From assembly GCA_012729935.1 (NCBI GenBank), contig JAAYBY010000192.1, forward strand, positions 1 through 42,044: 42,044 bases of DNA. The letters run 5' to 3'. The translations under genes were made by a program, and so were the position numbers. The stretch comes from Clostridiaceae bacterium (GTDB taxonomy: Bacteria; Bacillota; Clostridia; Saccharofermentanales; UBA5734). Of this stretch, positions 17,708 to 25,854 are shown in pieces. The stretch's first letter is position 1. Each line of letters opens with the position of its first letter. A model generated the notes under the pieces. The model made no database searches. It was not told the DNA's origin and saw nothing but the letters and a program-made list of their open reading frames with translations.

Positions 17708-18355
17708 ATGGAAAAATTGAAACTCATTTCTGAAGCACTGCAGAAGGGCAAGGCAAAGGATGTCAAGGAGATGGTCCAGCAGGCCTTGGATGCCGGATTA
17801 TCACCTCAGGACATACTGAATGATGGATTGCTGTCCGGTATGAACGAGGTTGGCATCAAATTCAAAAACAATGAAGTATATGTGCCTGATGTTCTGATTG
17901 CAGCGCGCGCCATGAAAGCAGGAACAGAAATTCTCAAACCGCTGCTGGTAGCAGGTGGTGTCAAGGCCAAGGGTCGTGTTGTCATCGGAACAGTTAAGGG
18001 CGACCTCCATGACATCGGAAAAAATCTGGTTGCCATGATGATGGAAGGGCAGGGCCTTGAGATCATTGACGCCGGAACAGATGTCTCAGCCGATCAGTTC
18101 ATCGCTCTGGCTAAGGAGAACAACGCTCAGATCATTGCGTGTTCAGCTTTGCTGACGACAACAATGGGCGAAATGAAGGCTGTTGTAGAGGCAGCATCCG
18201 CAGCCGGAATCCGCGACCAGGTAACCATCATGGTCGGTGGTGCGCCGGTTAACGATACCTTTGCCAAAACAATTGGTGCTGATATTTACTCGCCTGATGC
18301 TGCGACGGCTGCAGAAGAAGCCGCTGCCGCACTGAAAGCCAGAGGCATTGCCTGA
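17708..18355 (+). CDS. Corrinoid (cobalamin)-binding protein of the methyltransferase-cognate type (MtaC/MtbC/MttC-like)
   Basis: 215 aa. An N-terminal B12-binding cap helix bundle is followed by a Rossmann B12 domain with the DxHxxG motif (GDLHDIGKNLV), SALLTTT and MVGGAPV. GGGAGG RBS. Confidence 0.88.
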   Translation: MEKLKLISEALQKGKAKDVKEMVQQALDAGLSPQDILNDGLLSGMNEVGIKFKNNEVYVPDVLIAARAMKAGTEILKPLLVAGGVKAKGRVVIGTVKGDLHDIGKNLVAMMMEGQGLEIIDAGTDVSADQFIALAKENNAQIIACSALLTTTMGEMKAVVEAASAAGIRDQVTIMVGGAPVNDTFAKTIGADIYSPDAATAAEEAAAALKARGIA

Positions 18356-18391
18356 TTCATTAACACAGATAAAGACCGTTCAAATGATCTG

Positions 18392-18424
18392 CTCCCTGTC
18401 ATATTGACAGGGAGCAGATTAATT
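18392..18424. terminator. Bidirectional intrinsic terminator between the convergent corrinoid-protein gene and rnj
   Basis: A perfect 15-bp stem, ATCTGCTCCCTGTCA / TGACAGGGAGCAGAT, with a 3-nt loop. It is AT-rich on both sides and has an extra outer 8-bp pairing ACCGTTCA / TGAACGGT. Confidence 0.75.
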
Positions 18425-18447
18425 AATAATGAACGGTTTATTTATAC

Positions 18448-20487
18448 CTAAAATTCAATCAGGGAAATCAGAATGACCGGACGACGCTGTGTGCGTTCAT
18501 AAAGCAGAGACTGCAGCTGCTGTCGCAACGATCCGCTGTCTGCCATTTGTTTAAGAGATGGCTTCCGTTCACTGCTTCGAGCATATCCGGCTATCTTTTT
18601 CTGACACTCCCGGATAATCCGATCTGCTTCACTTTCGTAGATGAAACCACGTGCCTGAATATCCGGATTTTGAATGAGATGACCATCGTCTTTTGATACG
18701 GCCAGAAAAATTGCGACGACGCCATCGTCACCTAACAATCGACGGTCACGCAGTACGAGGTTGTCTGCTTCGCCCATGCTTGAACCATCAATCAAAATGG
18801 CGTCTGCCTGGACAAAACCCGAAATCTTTGCCTGCTGGCCGCTGTACTCAAACACATCCCCGTTGTTGAGCAGAAAAATTTGATCCCATGACTGGCCGAG
18901 CTGGTGGGCAAGCTCCGCATGCCGGTAAAGGTGGCGGTACTCCCCGTGCCCGGGGATAAAATATTTAGGTTTCAATAAATGGTGCAGCAGTTTAAGTTCT
19001 TCCTGGTAGGCATGTCCGGAAACGTGAATTTCCGACAGGGATTCATAAACGACTTGTGCTCCACGCTTGTACAGCTCATTGATCACCCGGTAAACTGATT
19101 TTTCATTGCCCGGTATGGCGCTCGAAGAGAGGATAACGGTATCACCCATCGTAATTTCAATACGCCTGTGCTCAGAAAAAGCCATGCGCGTCAAAGCAGA
19201 CATCGGCTCTCCCTGGCTGCCGGTTGTGATCAGGACAAGCTGGTCGGGTGCGTATCGGTCGATCTGATTGATGTCAATCAGTGTCTGCGGCTGCATTTTT
19301 ATGTAGCCGAGTGAATTCGCCGCATTAAAATAGTTCAGCATACTCCGGCCGATCAATACAACTTTCCTGCCATGCTGTTCAGCCGCTGTAAAAATCTGTT
19401 GAATGCGAAAGACGTTCGAGGAAAAGGTTGTAACGAATATTCGGCCCGGTGCTTTCGCAAATAAATCAGAAAATGCCTCGCCGACTTTGCTTTCTGAAGA
19501 CGAGCTGCCTTTCCGCTCAACGTTTGTGCTTTCGCAGAGCAGCAGCAAGACATTCTCTTTACCGACTGCCGCAATCCGTGATAAATTCATCGGTTCGCCG
19601 TTAACCGGTGTATAGTCGATCTTAAAATCACCGGAATGAAAAATCACGCCGGCAGGTGTCCGGATCACCAGCGCGTTGGCGTCTGCAATGCTGTGGTTGA
19701 CACGGATGAATTCAACGGCGAATGAGCCAGCCTGAATAGTATCGCCATCATGTATCTCTTTGAGCTGAACACCGGACACACCGGTGCCGCGGTCCTCTAG
19801 TTTCTGACGAACCAAAGCCGTCGTCAGATGGTTGCCGTAAATCGGAACCTGAATATCCTTGCAGAGCCAGGGCAACGCTCCGATATGGTCTTCATGGCCG
19901 TGTGTCAGAAAAATCCCCTTAATTTTGTGCTTGTTTTTGATGGCATAGGTAAAGTCGGGTATGACCACGTCAATTCCCGGCATGCTGTCATCAGGGAAGG
20001 CGATGCCACAGTCAACGATGATCATTTCATCACCGTATTCATAGACCATCATGTTTTTGCCGATCTCACGCATTCCTCCGAGGGGAATCACACGTAAAAC
20101 GGCTTGATCCGTCTTTGGCTGGACGTTTTGAACAGCGGTTTTGCCTGAGGCAGCCGGCTTCTTTTGACCACGTCGGGTCGGTTTTTTCTGCCCTGTCGGT
20201 GCAGCCTGTTTGGCCTGGGGTCGTTTTACAGCAGGTGCAGCCTGTTTTGCCTGCGGCCGCCCTGCAGCAGGCGCTGGCTGGCTCGCGTTAGCGACTGTCT
20301 TTTTCTTTTTTGGCACGGAGGCGCCTGTTTGGCCTCGTCCGTTATTTTGTTTTCCAGGTCTACGTGGCCCGGATTGCTGTTTATTATGATTCTGACCGGA
20401 CTGATCAGCAGATTGACGCGTACCTGACGATTGGCCTTTCTGGCGTGACGCCGGTTCTGGATCGCGTCTATTCGGTTGTGTTGACAT
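18448..20487 (-). CDS. rnj: Ribonuclease J with a ~130-aa basic low-complexity N-terminal extension
   Basis: Metallo-beta-lactamase/beta-CASP core: LRVIPLGGMREIGKNM, LTHGHEDHIGALPW and VSGHA. A strong GGAGGA RBS lies 9 nt before the ATG at 20487. The extension is rich in Q, K, P, A, G and R. Confidence 0.93.
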   Translation of the reverse strand: MSTQPNRRDPEPASRQKGQSSGTRQSADQSGQNHNKQQSGPRRPGKQNNGRGQTGASVPKKKKTVANASQPAPAAGRPQAKQAAPAVKRPQAKQAAPTGQKKPTRRGQKKPAASGKTAVQNVQPKTDQAVLRVIPLGGMREIGKNMMVYEYGDEMIIVDCGIAFPDDSMPGIDVVIPDFTYAIKNKHKIKGIFLTHGHEDHIGALPWLCKDIQVPIYGNHLTTALVRQKLEDRGTGVSGVQLKEIHDGDTIQAGSFAVEFIRVNHSIADANALVIRTPAGVIFHSGDFKIDYTPVNGEPMNLSRIAAVGKENVLLLLCESTNVERKGSSSSESKVGEAFSDLFAKAPGRIFVTTFSSNVFRIQQIFTAAEQHGRKVVLIGRSMLNYFNAANSLGYIKMQPQTLIDINQIDRYAPDQLVLITTGSQGEPMSALTRMAFSEHRRIEITMGDTVILSSSAIPGNEKSVYRVINELYKRGAQVVYESLSEIHVSGHAYQEELKLLHHLLKPKYFIPGHGEYRHLYRHAELAHQLGQSWDQIFLLNNGDVFEYSGQQAKISGFVQADAILIDGSSMGEADNLVLRDRRLLGDDGVVAIFLAVSKDDGHLIQNPDIQARGFIYESEADRIIRECQKKIAGYARSSERKPSLKQMADSGSLRQQLQSLLYERTQRRPVILISLIEF

Positions 20488-20575
20488 ATATAAGATTCCT
20501 CCAAAATTTAATATCTTTCATTTTCATATTTATCATAGCATGATCGGGTTTGAGCTGCACGAATATGTTTTTCTC

Positions 20576-20604
20576 TTGCATCGCCTGTTTTTCCATGATA
20601 GAAT
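20576..20604 (+). promoter_or_regulatory. Promoter of rpsT (TTGCAT-N17-TAGAAT, with TG at the extended -10 position)
   Basis: TTGCAT at 20576-20581, and TGATAGAAT ending at 20604. Confidence 0.6.
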
Positions 20605-20653
20605 ACACCAGTGTCGGAAATCGACCGAAGTATCAAGCAGGGAGGTGAAGAAC

Positions 20654-20917
20654 ATGCCGAATATCAAATCCGCCATTAAACGCACACGGACCATTGCGAG
20701 AAAAACAGCTGCCAACAAAATGCAGAAAAGTAAAATTCGCACCCTGCTGAAGAAAACACAATCTGCTGAAGCTGCTGCGGAAGGCCGTGTATTGGATCTG
20801 GCTCGTCAGACTCAAAAAATGCTGGACCAGGCTGCGGCTAAGGGTCATCTGCACAAAAATAATGTTGCTCGCAAGAAGAGCCGTCTGGCCAAAGCCATTC
20901 AGACGCCGAAAGCTTGA
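20654..20917 (+). CDS. rpsT: 30S ribosomal protein S20
   Basis: MPNIKSAIKRTRTIARKTAANK.. is a canonical S20 N-terminus. GGAGGTG RBS at 20641. The ORF-track start at 20540 lies upstream of the promoter. Confidence 0.95.
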   Translation: MPNIKSAIKRTRTIARKTAANKMQKSKIRTLLKKTQSAEAAAEGRVLDLARQTQKMLDQAAAKGHLHKNNVARKKSRLAKAIQTPKA

Positions 20918-20954
20918 TTGAGCAGTTCGTTTGATAGACAATGAACGGAATATT

Positions 20955-20987
20955 TGAGGGAACTCCTGTTGAGTCCCCTCTTTTTTT
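20955..20987 (+). terminator. Intrinsic terminator after rpsT
   Basis: GAGGGAACTC / GAGTCCCCTC stem (9 of 10 bp paired), 5-nt loop, then T8 at 20980-20987. Confidence 0.8.
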
Positions 20988-20994
20988 TCGCCGG

Positions 20995-22245
20995 TCAGTT
21001 TGATCCATCCATCTGGCTGGAAAGAAGAAGCCTGTAAAATGTTTTCTTACCTTTTCGAATGATTGCCTCTGAGTCCTCGAAGTCCGCCTGAGTCACCCTA
21101 TGGTTCAGATCCTCGACGACTCTTCCGTTTACCGTTAAGCCTTTCTGCTGAATCAGACGACGACCCTCTCCTTTTGAGGGGATCATACCGATCTTCAGTA
21201 GCAAGTCAAGGAGCGGGATGCCATCGGCAAGATCTGATGAAGTGAGTTCGGTTGTCGGCATCTGTTCAGACCGCCCCTTACCCTCAAACAGGTCTTTTGC
21301 CTGACGGTAGGCATCCTCAGCAGCGGCTTCGCCGTGTACGATTCTCGTAACTTCGATCGCGAGCCTCTTTTTTGCTTCGTTGATTTTCTCATCAGCCAGT
21401 TCAGCATAGGTATTGATTTCATCAAGCGGCACAAATGTGAGCAGCTTCAGGCATTTGATGACATCTGCATCATCGATATTCCGCCAGTACTGATAAAATT
21501 CGAACGGACTCGTTTTTTGTGGATCAAGCCAGACGGCACCGCCGGCGGTCTTGCCCATCTTTGTTCCGGTGTGCGTCGTCAGCAACTGAAAGGTCATGCC
21601 GTAGGCATTAGCCTGTTCTTTGCGGCGAATCAGATCAACGCCGGCCAGGATATTGGACCACTGATCATCTCCGCCGAGCTGTAAGGTACAACCGTACCGC
21701 TGGTATAATACGAGAAAATCATACGCCTGCATCAGCATGTAGTTGAATTCCAGAAAAGAGAGCCCTTTTTCCAACCTCTGACGAAAGCATTCCGCCGTCA
21801 ACATCCGATTGACCGAAAACTGCGAACCGATATCCCGCAGGAATGAAATGTAGTTGAGCGGCAGAAGCCATTCAGCGTTATCCAGCATAATAGCCTTGTC
21901 ATGACTAAAATCCAGCAGAATTTTCATCTGCTCCCTGAATCGATTCACATTATTCTGGATCGTGTCAGTATGAAGTACCTGGCGCAGATCAGATCGGCCG
22001 GATGGATCGCCTACCATTCCCGTTCCGCCACCAAGCAAAACGATCGGACGATGCCCCGCGCGCTGTAAATGCGCCATCACCATCATCTGTATAAAATGCC
22101 CGACGTGAAGGCTGTCCGCGGTTGGATCAAACCCTATGTAAAAAGTGGCACGAGAAGAGGCCAGCAAGCTGCGCACCTCATCTTCATGTGTTATCTGGGC
22201 AATATAACCTCGGTTTTTTAATGTATCAAAAACGTTTTCCTGCAT
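20995..22245 (-). CDS. tyrS: Tyrosine--tRNA ligase
   Basis: [18 protein letters not shown]-terminus, HIGH-type motif HVGHF, KMSKS-type motif KMGKT, and a C-terminal S4-like domain. The ATG at 22245 has an AAAGGA RBS. The ORF-track start is a GTG 21 nt further upstream. Confidence 0.95.
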   Translation of the reverse strand: MQENVFDTLKNRGYIAQITHEDEVRSLLASSRATFYIGFDPTADSLHVGHFIQMMVMAHLQRAGHRPIVLLGGGTGMVGDPSGRSDLRQVLHTDTIQNNVNRFREQMKILLDFSHDKAIMLDNAEWLLPLNYISFLRDIGSQFSVNRMLTAECFRQRLEKGLSFLEFNYMLMQAYDFLVLYQRYGCTLQLGGDDQWSNILAGVDLIRRKEQANAYGMTFQLLTTHTGTKMGKTAGGAVWLDPQKTSPFEFYQYWRNIDDADVIKCLKLLTFVPLDEINTYAELADEKINEAKKRLAIEVTRIVHGEAAAEDAYRQAKDLFEGKGRSEQMPTTELTSSDLADGIPLLDLLLKIGMIPSKGEGRRLIQQKGLTVNGRVVEDLNHRVTQADFEDSEAIIRKGKKTFYRLLLSSQMDGSN

Positions 22246-22279
22246 GTCTGACAGTCCTTTCAGCACGATCCTTGTTATT

Positions 22280-23563
22280 CTATATCATGATGACAGACCT
22301 GTCAAAATCAACACCACAGGCCTGGCCGGCAGCGATCTGCCAGATGTCTGAAGCAGTCAGATCGAGTGCGGCCATCCGTTTCAGGGGCAACTGGCCGCCA
22401 TACTCGAGAAAATCAGATGCACGGGTGATGATGGGGCATTCCGCCTTCTTCCTCATCATCTTGAGCAGATAACGACCCTTCCGGGTAAACCCGAGTACCC
22501 GGATATAGGCAGGCCCGCCTGAGGCGTCAAAAAGGGCCAGGTCGTTGTCGGTTAAACCTGCCAGCATGGCAATCAAAGCTCTTTGGATTCGGGTCTGGGG
22601 AAAACGTCGCGTTCTGGCCTGGTCTATCAACCTGGCTATGCGCTGGTCAGCAGTGCTTTCTAGCCTTTCTGCAGACTGGCAGAGACGTTCCGGAAGACCT
22701 TCAGCCATACTGGAGACAGATGACAGTTCAGAGGGAGACCGGCTGCGCAGTATTGTTAGAATCGGTAAACTGAGATGTTCAAGGCTGAGCGGCCCGGGTC
22801 CGGACTGGATCCGGGTCATCAACTCCGCAAGAGCTGCGGTTGGCATGGCGTCCTGAAGCGAATCAAGCATCACATAGAGACCGGTCGTGTTTCCTTTTCC
22901 GACCTGTTCAAGGACAGTCCGGCGGATCGCGTTGGCACTGGCTGGCATCCGACTGTCAGGCAGCTGGTCGGAATGGTGGCTTTGGCCGATTCGCTGTATG
23001 GTTTTCGGTGTCAGGCGACAGCGGTCAATCGACTGAATCGCTTTCAGATACTCAATTGCCAGGATATTATTGGGTTGTTCAAGCAGATCAACGCGCTGAT
23101 CCTGTCCGGTTATATCAGACAATGCCAGCTGCCTGGCTCTGGGAAATGAATGGCCTTCATTCAGATAGGACTTCAGCTGCCTGCGAAATGTGTGACTTTC
23201 AGGTTTTAACCAGCCGGCTACTGTTTTAAGCGCCTCAAGATCACCGGATTCACTGCCGAAGAAAAGAGTGCTGTCCAGCCCTGTTTTGTGCAGCAGTTGG
23301 ACAGCCCCTGACGCAAAACGTTCTGCGCTGGCACAGGCATATGGAAAGGGCAGCTCGATGACCAGATCGATGCCTCCGTTTAATGCCATGCATGTCCGGC
23401 TCCATTTATCTGTCAGAGCAGGTTCGCCGCGCTGGGTGAATGATCCGCTCATGACAGCCAGAACGGCGCTGCCGGCTCCGGCTGATTTGCGTGCTGTATC
23501 AATCTGGTAGGCATGACCCAGATGAAATGGATTATATTCAGCTATGATTGAAACAATATTCAT
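22280..23563 (-). CDS. tmcAL: tRNA(Met) cytidine acetate ligase (YlbM/TmcAL family nucleotidyltransferase)
   Basis: The N-terminus [16 protein letters not shown]...[13 protein letters not shown]...DLVIELPF...LFFGSE closely parallels B. subtilis YlbM as I recall it. Confidence 0.88.
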   Translation of the reverse strand: MNIVSIIAEYNPFHLGHAYQIDTARKSAGAGSAVLAVMSGSFTQRGEPALTDKWSRTCMALNGGIDLVIELPFPYACASAERFASGAVQLLHKTGLDSTLFFGSESGDLEALKTVAGWLKPESHTFRRQLKSYLNEGHSFPRARQLALSDITGQDQRVDLLEQPNNILAIEYLKAIQSIDRCRLTPKTIQRIGQSHHSDQLPDSRMPASANAIRRTVLEQVGKGNTTGLYVMLDSLQDAMPTAALAELMTRIQSGPGPLSLEHLSLPILTILRSRSPSELSSVSSMAEGLPERLCQSAERLESTADQRIARLIDQARTRRFPQTRIQRALIAMLAGLTDNDLALFDASGGPAYIRVLGFTRKGRYLLKMMRKKAECPIITRASDFLEYGGQLPLKRMAALDLTASDIWQIAAGQACGVDFDRSVIMI

Positions 23564-23605
23564 GTCTCAGATTATAACATAGTGATGGCCGGCCGCTGAC
23601 AGAAC

Positions 23606-23633
23606 ATTGACGGAGGTATCTATTCTGTTATGA
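23606..23633 (+). promoter_or_regulatory. Promoter of the 434-aa hypothetical gene (TTGACG-N16-TATGAT, extended -10 TGt)
   Basis: TTGACG at 23606-23611 and TGTTATGAT ending at 23633. The ATG at 23673 is preceded by GGAGGA. Confidence 0.55.
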
Positions 23634-23672
23634 TGGAAACGAAACGAAAATGCGTGTCTTACGGAGGACTGA

Positions 23673-24977
23673 ATGCCACAGCTGAAGGTTCAGAAAAACA
23701 AGAGAAAGTTTCGAATGATTCTTGTGTCTGTTTTCACTGTTCTGTTTCTGATGCTTTCCTGGATGCTGCTCTTTGGTCCGCTCAAGCAGTGGCTGTTTTC
23801 TGAATCTATTAAAACAATAGATGCCGGTTTTCCGGGTGCTGCCGGAGCAGCAGATGACTCATTTCAGTATCCGGAGCAAATCGCAGAACAACTACAGGAT
23901 CGAATCCAGCTGCTGCTGTTTGAACAAAATCAATTTGCTGTCTGGTATCGGCAGTCTGACCGACCCGGCGTGCTGCCCGCTGAACGCGCAGCCGTTGCCT
24001 TGGCATCAGATCAGATCCTGTATGCACGCTACTTGCTTGAACAGGAAAACAAGACTGCTTTTCAAGCCTGGTGGGCTGCCTTTAAAAGCCAGTGGCAGAA
24101 TCCGGATGGATCTTATCAAGGGGCTCGACCACTCAATCCGGTTGTATCAGTCAATCCGAATACAGACTGGCTGCGGATCAATTTCTCGATGGCCAGAGTG
24201 CTTGCCCAGAGTGTCAGTCTGTGGCCCGATCAGGCGCGTATGAATGATTTACAGCGTTTGTCTCGCTGTCTTTTGTCCACATTGAACGAGGAGACACCGG
24301 TTGATCATATCGCGGTGGTCCCGACCGCGGCTCCGATACTCGATCCTGGTGCGACACCTACACCAAAACCATTGCTGTCACCGGTTCCGACACCGGAGCC
24401 GCGTGTAACACTGCCGGTGATCAGACTGGCCTCGATTGATCTTTACGCGATGGAGCTGCTGACTCAGCTGGATCCAGAATGGTCAGAGTGGGGCGAATAC
24501 TATGAGGCGGTTGTTATGGAAGGGTTTCTCGGTGAAACAATGCCGCTGTTTGCCTGGGCATGGGATCCTGAACAAAAGGCTTATGTAACGTTTCAGGGGG
24601 ATCAGCCGCATGTCGATACAGAAGAAGCGCTGCTGACCATCCTTCACCTGTGTGAAGTAGGCGTCATTCCGGAAATGAGCATCAACTGGGTGCGAAGCCA
24701 GATGATGAATCAGTCGGCGTTATACAAGCAGTATCATCCGGTTCAGGGAACAGCGACAGACCCCCTTGAAAGCATCGCATCATATGCCTTGGCAGCGCGA
24801 ATTGCCCGTATGATCGATGATTCTGCTCTATACCAGATCACAGTTGATCGAATGATGTGGCATCAGGCAACCAGCAGAACGAGTGATGTGCTGCACGCCC
24901 TTTTCCGGCAGGAGACACAGGACACCGCTTCAGTCTGGGCACACGACAACTTGTGGGGACTGCTCGCTTTGCGATAA
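23673..24977 (+). CDS. Hypothetical membrane-anchored extracytoplasmic protein. Two helical halves are joined by a Pro/Thr-rich linker, and a distant (alpha/alpha)6 / GH8-like fold is possible.
   Basis: A basic N-terminus and a single TM (FRMILVSVFTVLFLMLSWMLLFG). Linker PTAAPILDPGATPTPKPLLSPVPTPEP. Trp-rich helix-hairpin-like segments (SDQILYARYLLEQ..FQAWWAAFKSQW, DWLRINFSMARVLAQSVSLW). Confidence 0.6.
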   Translation: MPQLKVQKNKRKFRMILVSVFTVLFLMLSWMLLFGPLKQWLFSESIKTIDAGFPGAAGAADDSFQYPEQIAEQLQDRIQLLLFEQNQFAVWYRQSDRPGVLPAERAAVALASDQILYARYLLEQENKTAFQAWWAAFKSQWQNPDGSYQGARPLNPVVSVNPNTDWLRINFSMARVLAQSVSLWPDQARMNDLQRLSRCLLSTLNEETPVDHIAVVPTAAPILDPGATPTPKPLLSPVPTPEPRVTLPVIRLASIDLYAMELLTQLDPEWSEWGEYYEAVVMEGFLGETMPLFAWAWDPEQKAYVTFQGDQPHVDTEEALLTILHLCEVGVIPEMSINWVRSQMMNQSALYKQYHPVQGTATDPLESIASYALAARIARMIDDSALYQITVDRMMWHQATSRTSDVLHALFRQETQDTASVWAHDNLWGLLALR

Positions 24978-25142
24978 TGGATATTGATTATCGCCAAATT
25001 GCAGTTAAATTGCTATAGAAATGAAATAAATCAGCTGATTAGCGCGTTTATTCTATGATAAAATAATGTTTAAGTGTGCGATTCAGATTCTACTTTTTTT
25101 GTCGCAATTCACTGGCTTAAATGAATAAGGGGGCATAATCGG

Positions 25143-25802
25143 ATGGGGGACATGATTGAACTTCGGACAGAACTGGATAAATTGATATCCCGTCTGAGCG
25201 GTGTGCTGGCTGCGCGGACTGTACTGAATGAGCAGGATGAAATTGTTGAAATACATGTTCTGAGCGACATGACTAAATCACCGAAACAGCTGGTCAGAGA
25301 CATCCAGTCTGCTGCAATGTCTGTTTACGGTATCGACATCGACTATAAGCTGATCAGCATCGCACAAGTCAACAGCAACATGGTCATCCCCGCCTCCCAA
25401 CAGGAGAACAGGCTGCAGATCCACAGGATTACGGTCAGTCTGGATAACATCAGCGTTGAGACAACGGTAACGCTCGAGCAAGGCGAGAATCAGTTTGTGG
25501 GCACCAGCCGGACACCGCTGGCAAGCAGAAATCGAATCCAGTCAGCCGTTCAGGCTTGCCTGGAAGCGATCCGGCAGTATCTGGGACCAGCATACAATAT
25601 GACATTACTCGATCTGCAGCGCCATCCAGTTGCCGGAACTGACTGCGTCATCATTAGCCTGATGTATACGGATCCGTTCCGTGAATCCGTACTGTACGGA
25701 ATAGCAGGAATCAACAGTCCGGATACCGAGGTGCAGTCGGCAGTGATGGCTGTTTTATCAGCCTTGAACAGACCGATTGGAAAATCCGGGCGCGCGACTT
25801 GA
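25143..25802 (+). CDS. Hypothetical cytoplasmic protein (219 aa) with an internally duplicated alpha/beta module
   Basis: GGGGG RBS 9 nt upstream. There is no TM or signal sequence. The repeated pattern is a beta-strand run followed by a helix: RIQSAVQACLEAIRQ versus EVQSAVMAVLSALNR. I recognise no family. Confidence 0.6.
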   Translation: MGDMIELRTELDKLISRLSGVLAARTVLNEQDEIVEIHVLSDMTKSPKQLVRDIQSAAMSVYGIDIDYKLISIAQVNSNMVIPASQQENRLQIHRITVSLDNISVETTVTLEQGENQFVGTSRTPLASRNRIQSAVQACLEAIRQYLGPAYNMTLLDLQRHPVAGTDCVIISLMYTDPFRESVLYGIAGINSPDTEVQSAVMAVLSALNRPIGKSGRAT

Positions 25803-25854
25803 TCATGTGTCTGAGTGCTGTTATGCTTAAGACAAACGATCATTTACACATTTA

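Noticed and set aside
20074-20100. An internal GTG start (..R-V-IPLGGMREIG) that would remove the RNase J N-terminal extension.
   Set aside because: No Shine-Dalgarno element precedes it. The upstream ATG at 20487 has GGAGGA at ideal spacing, and the 130-codon extension is stop-free. Experimental confirmation is still desirable.
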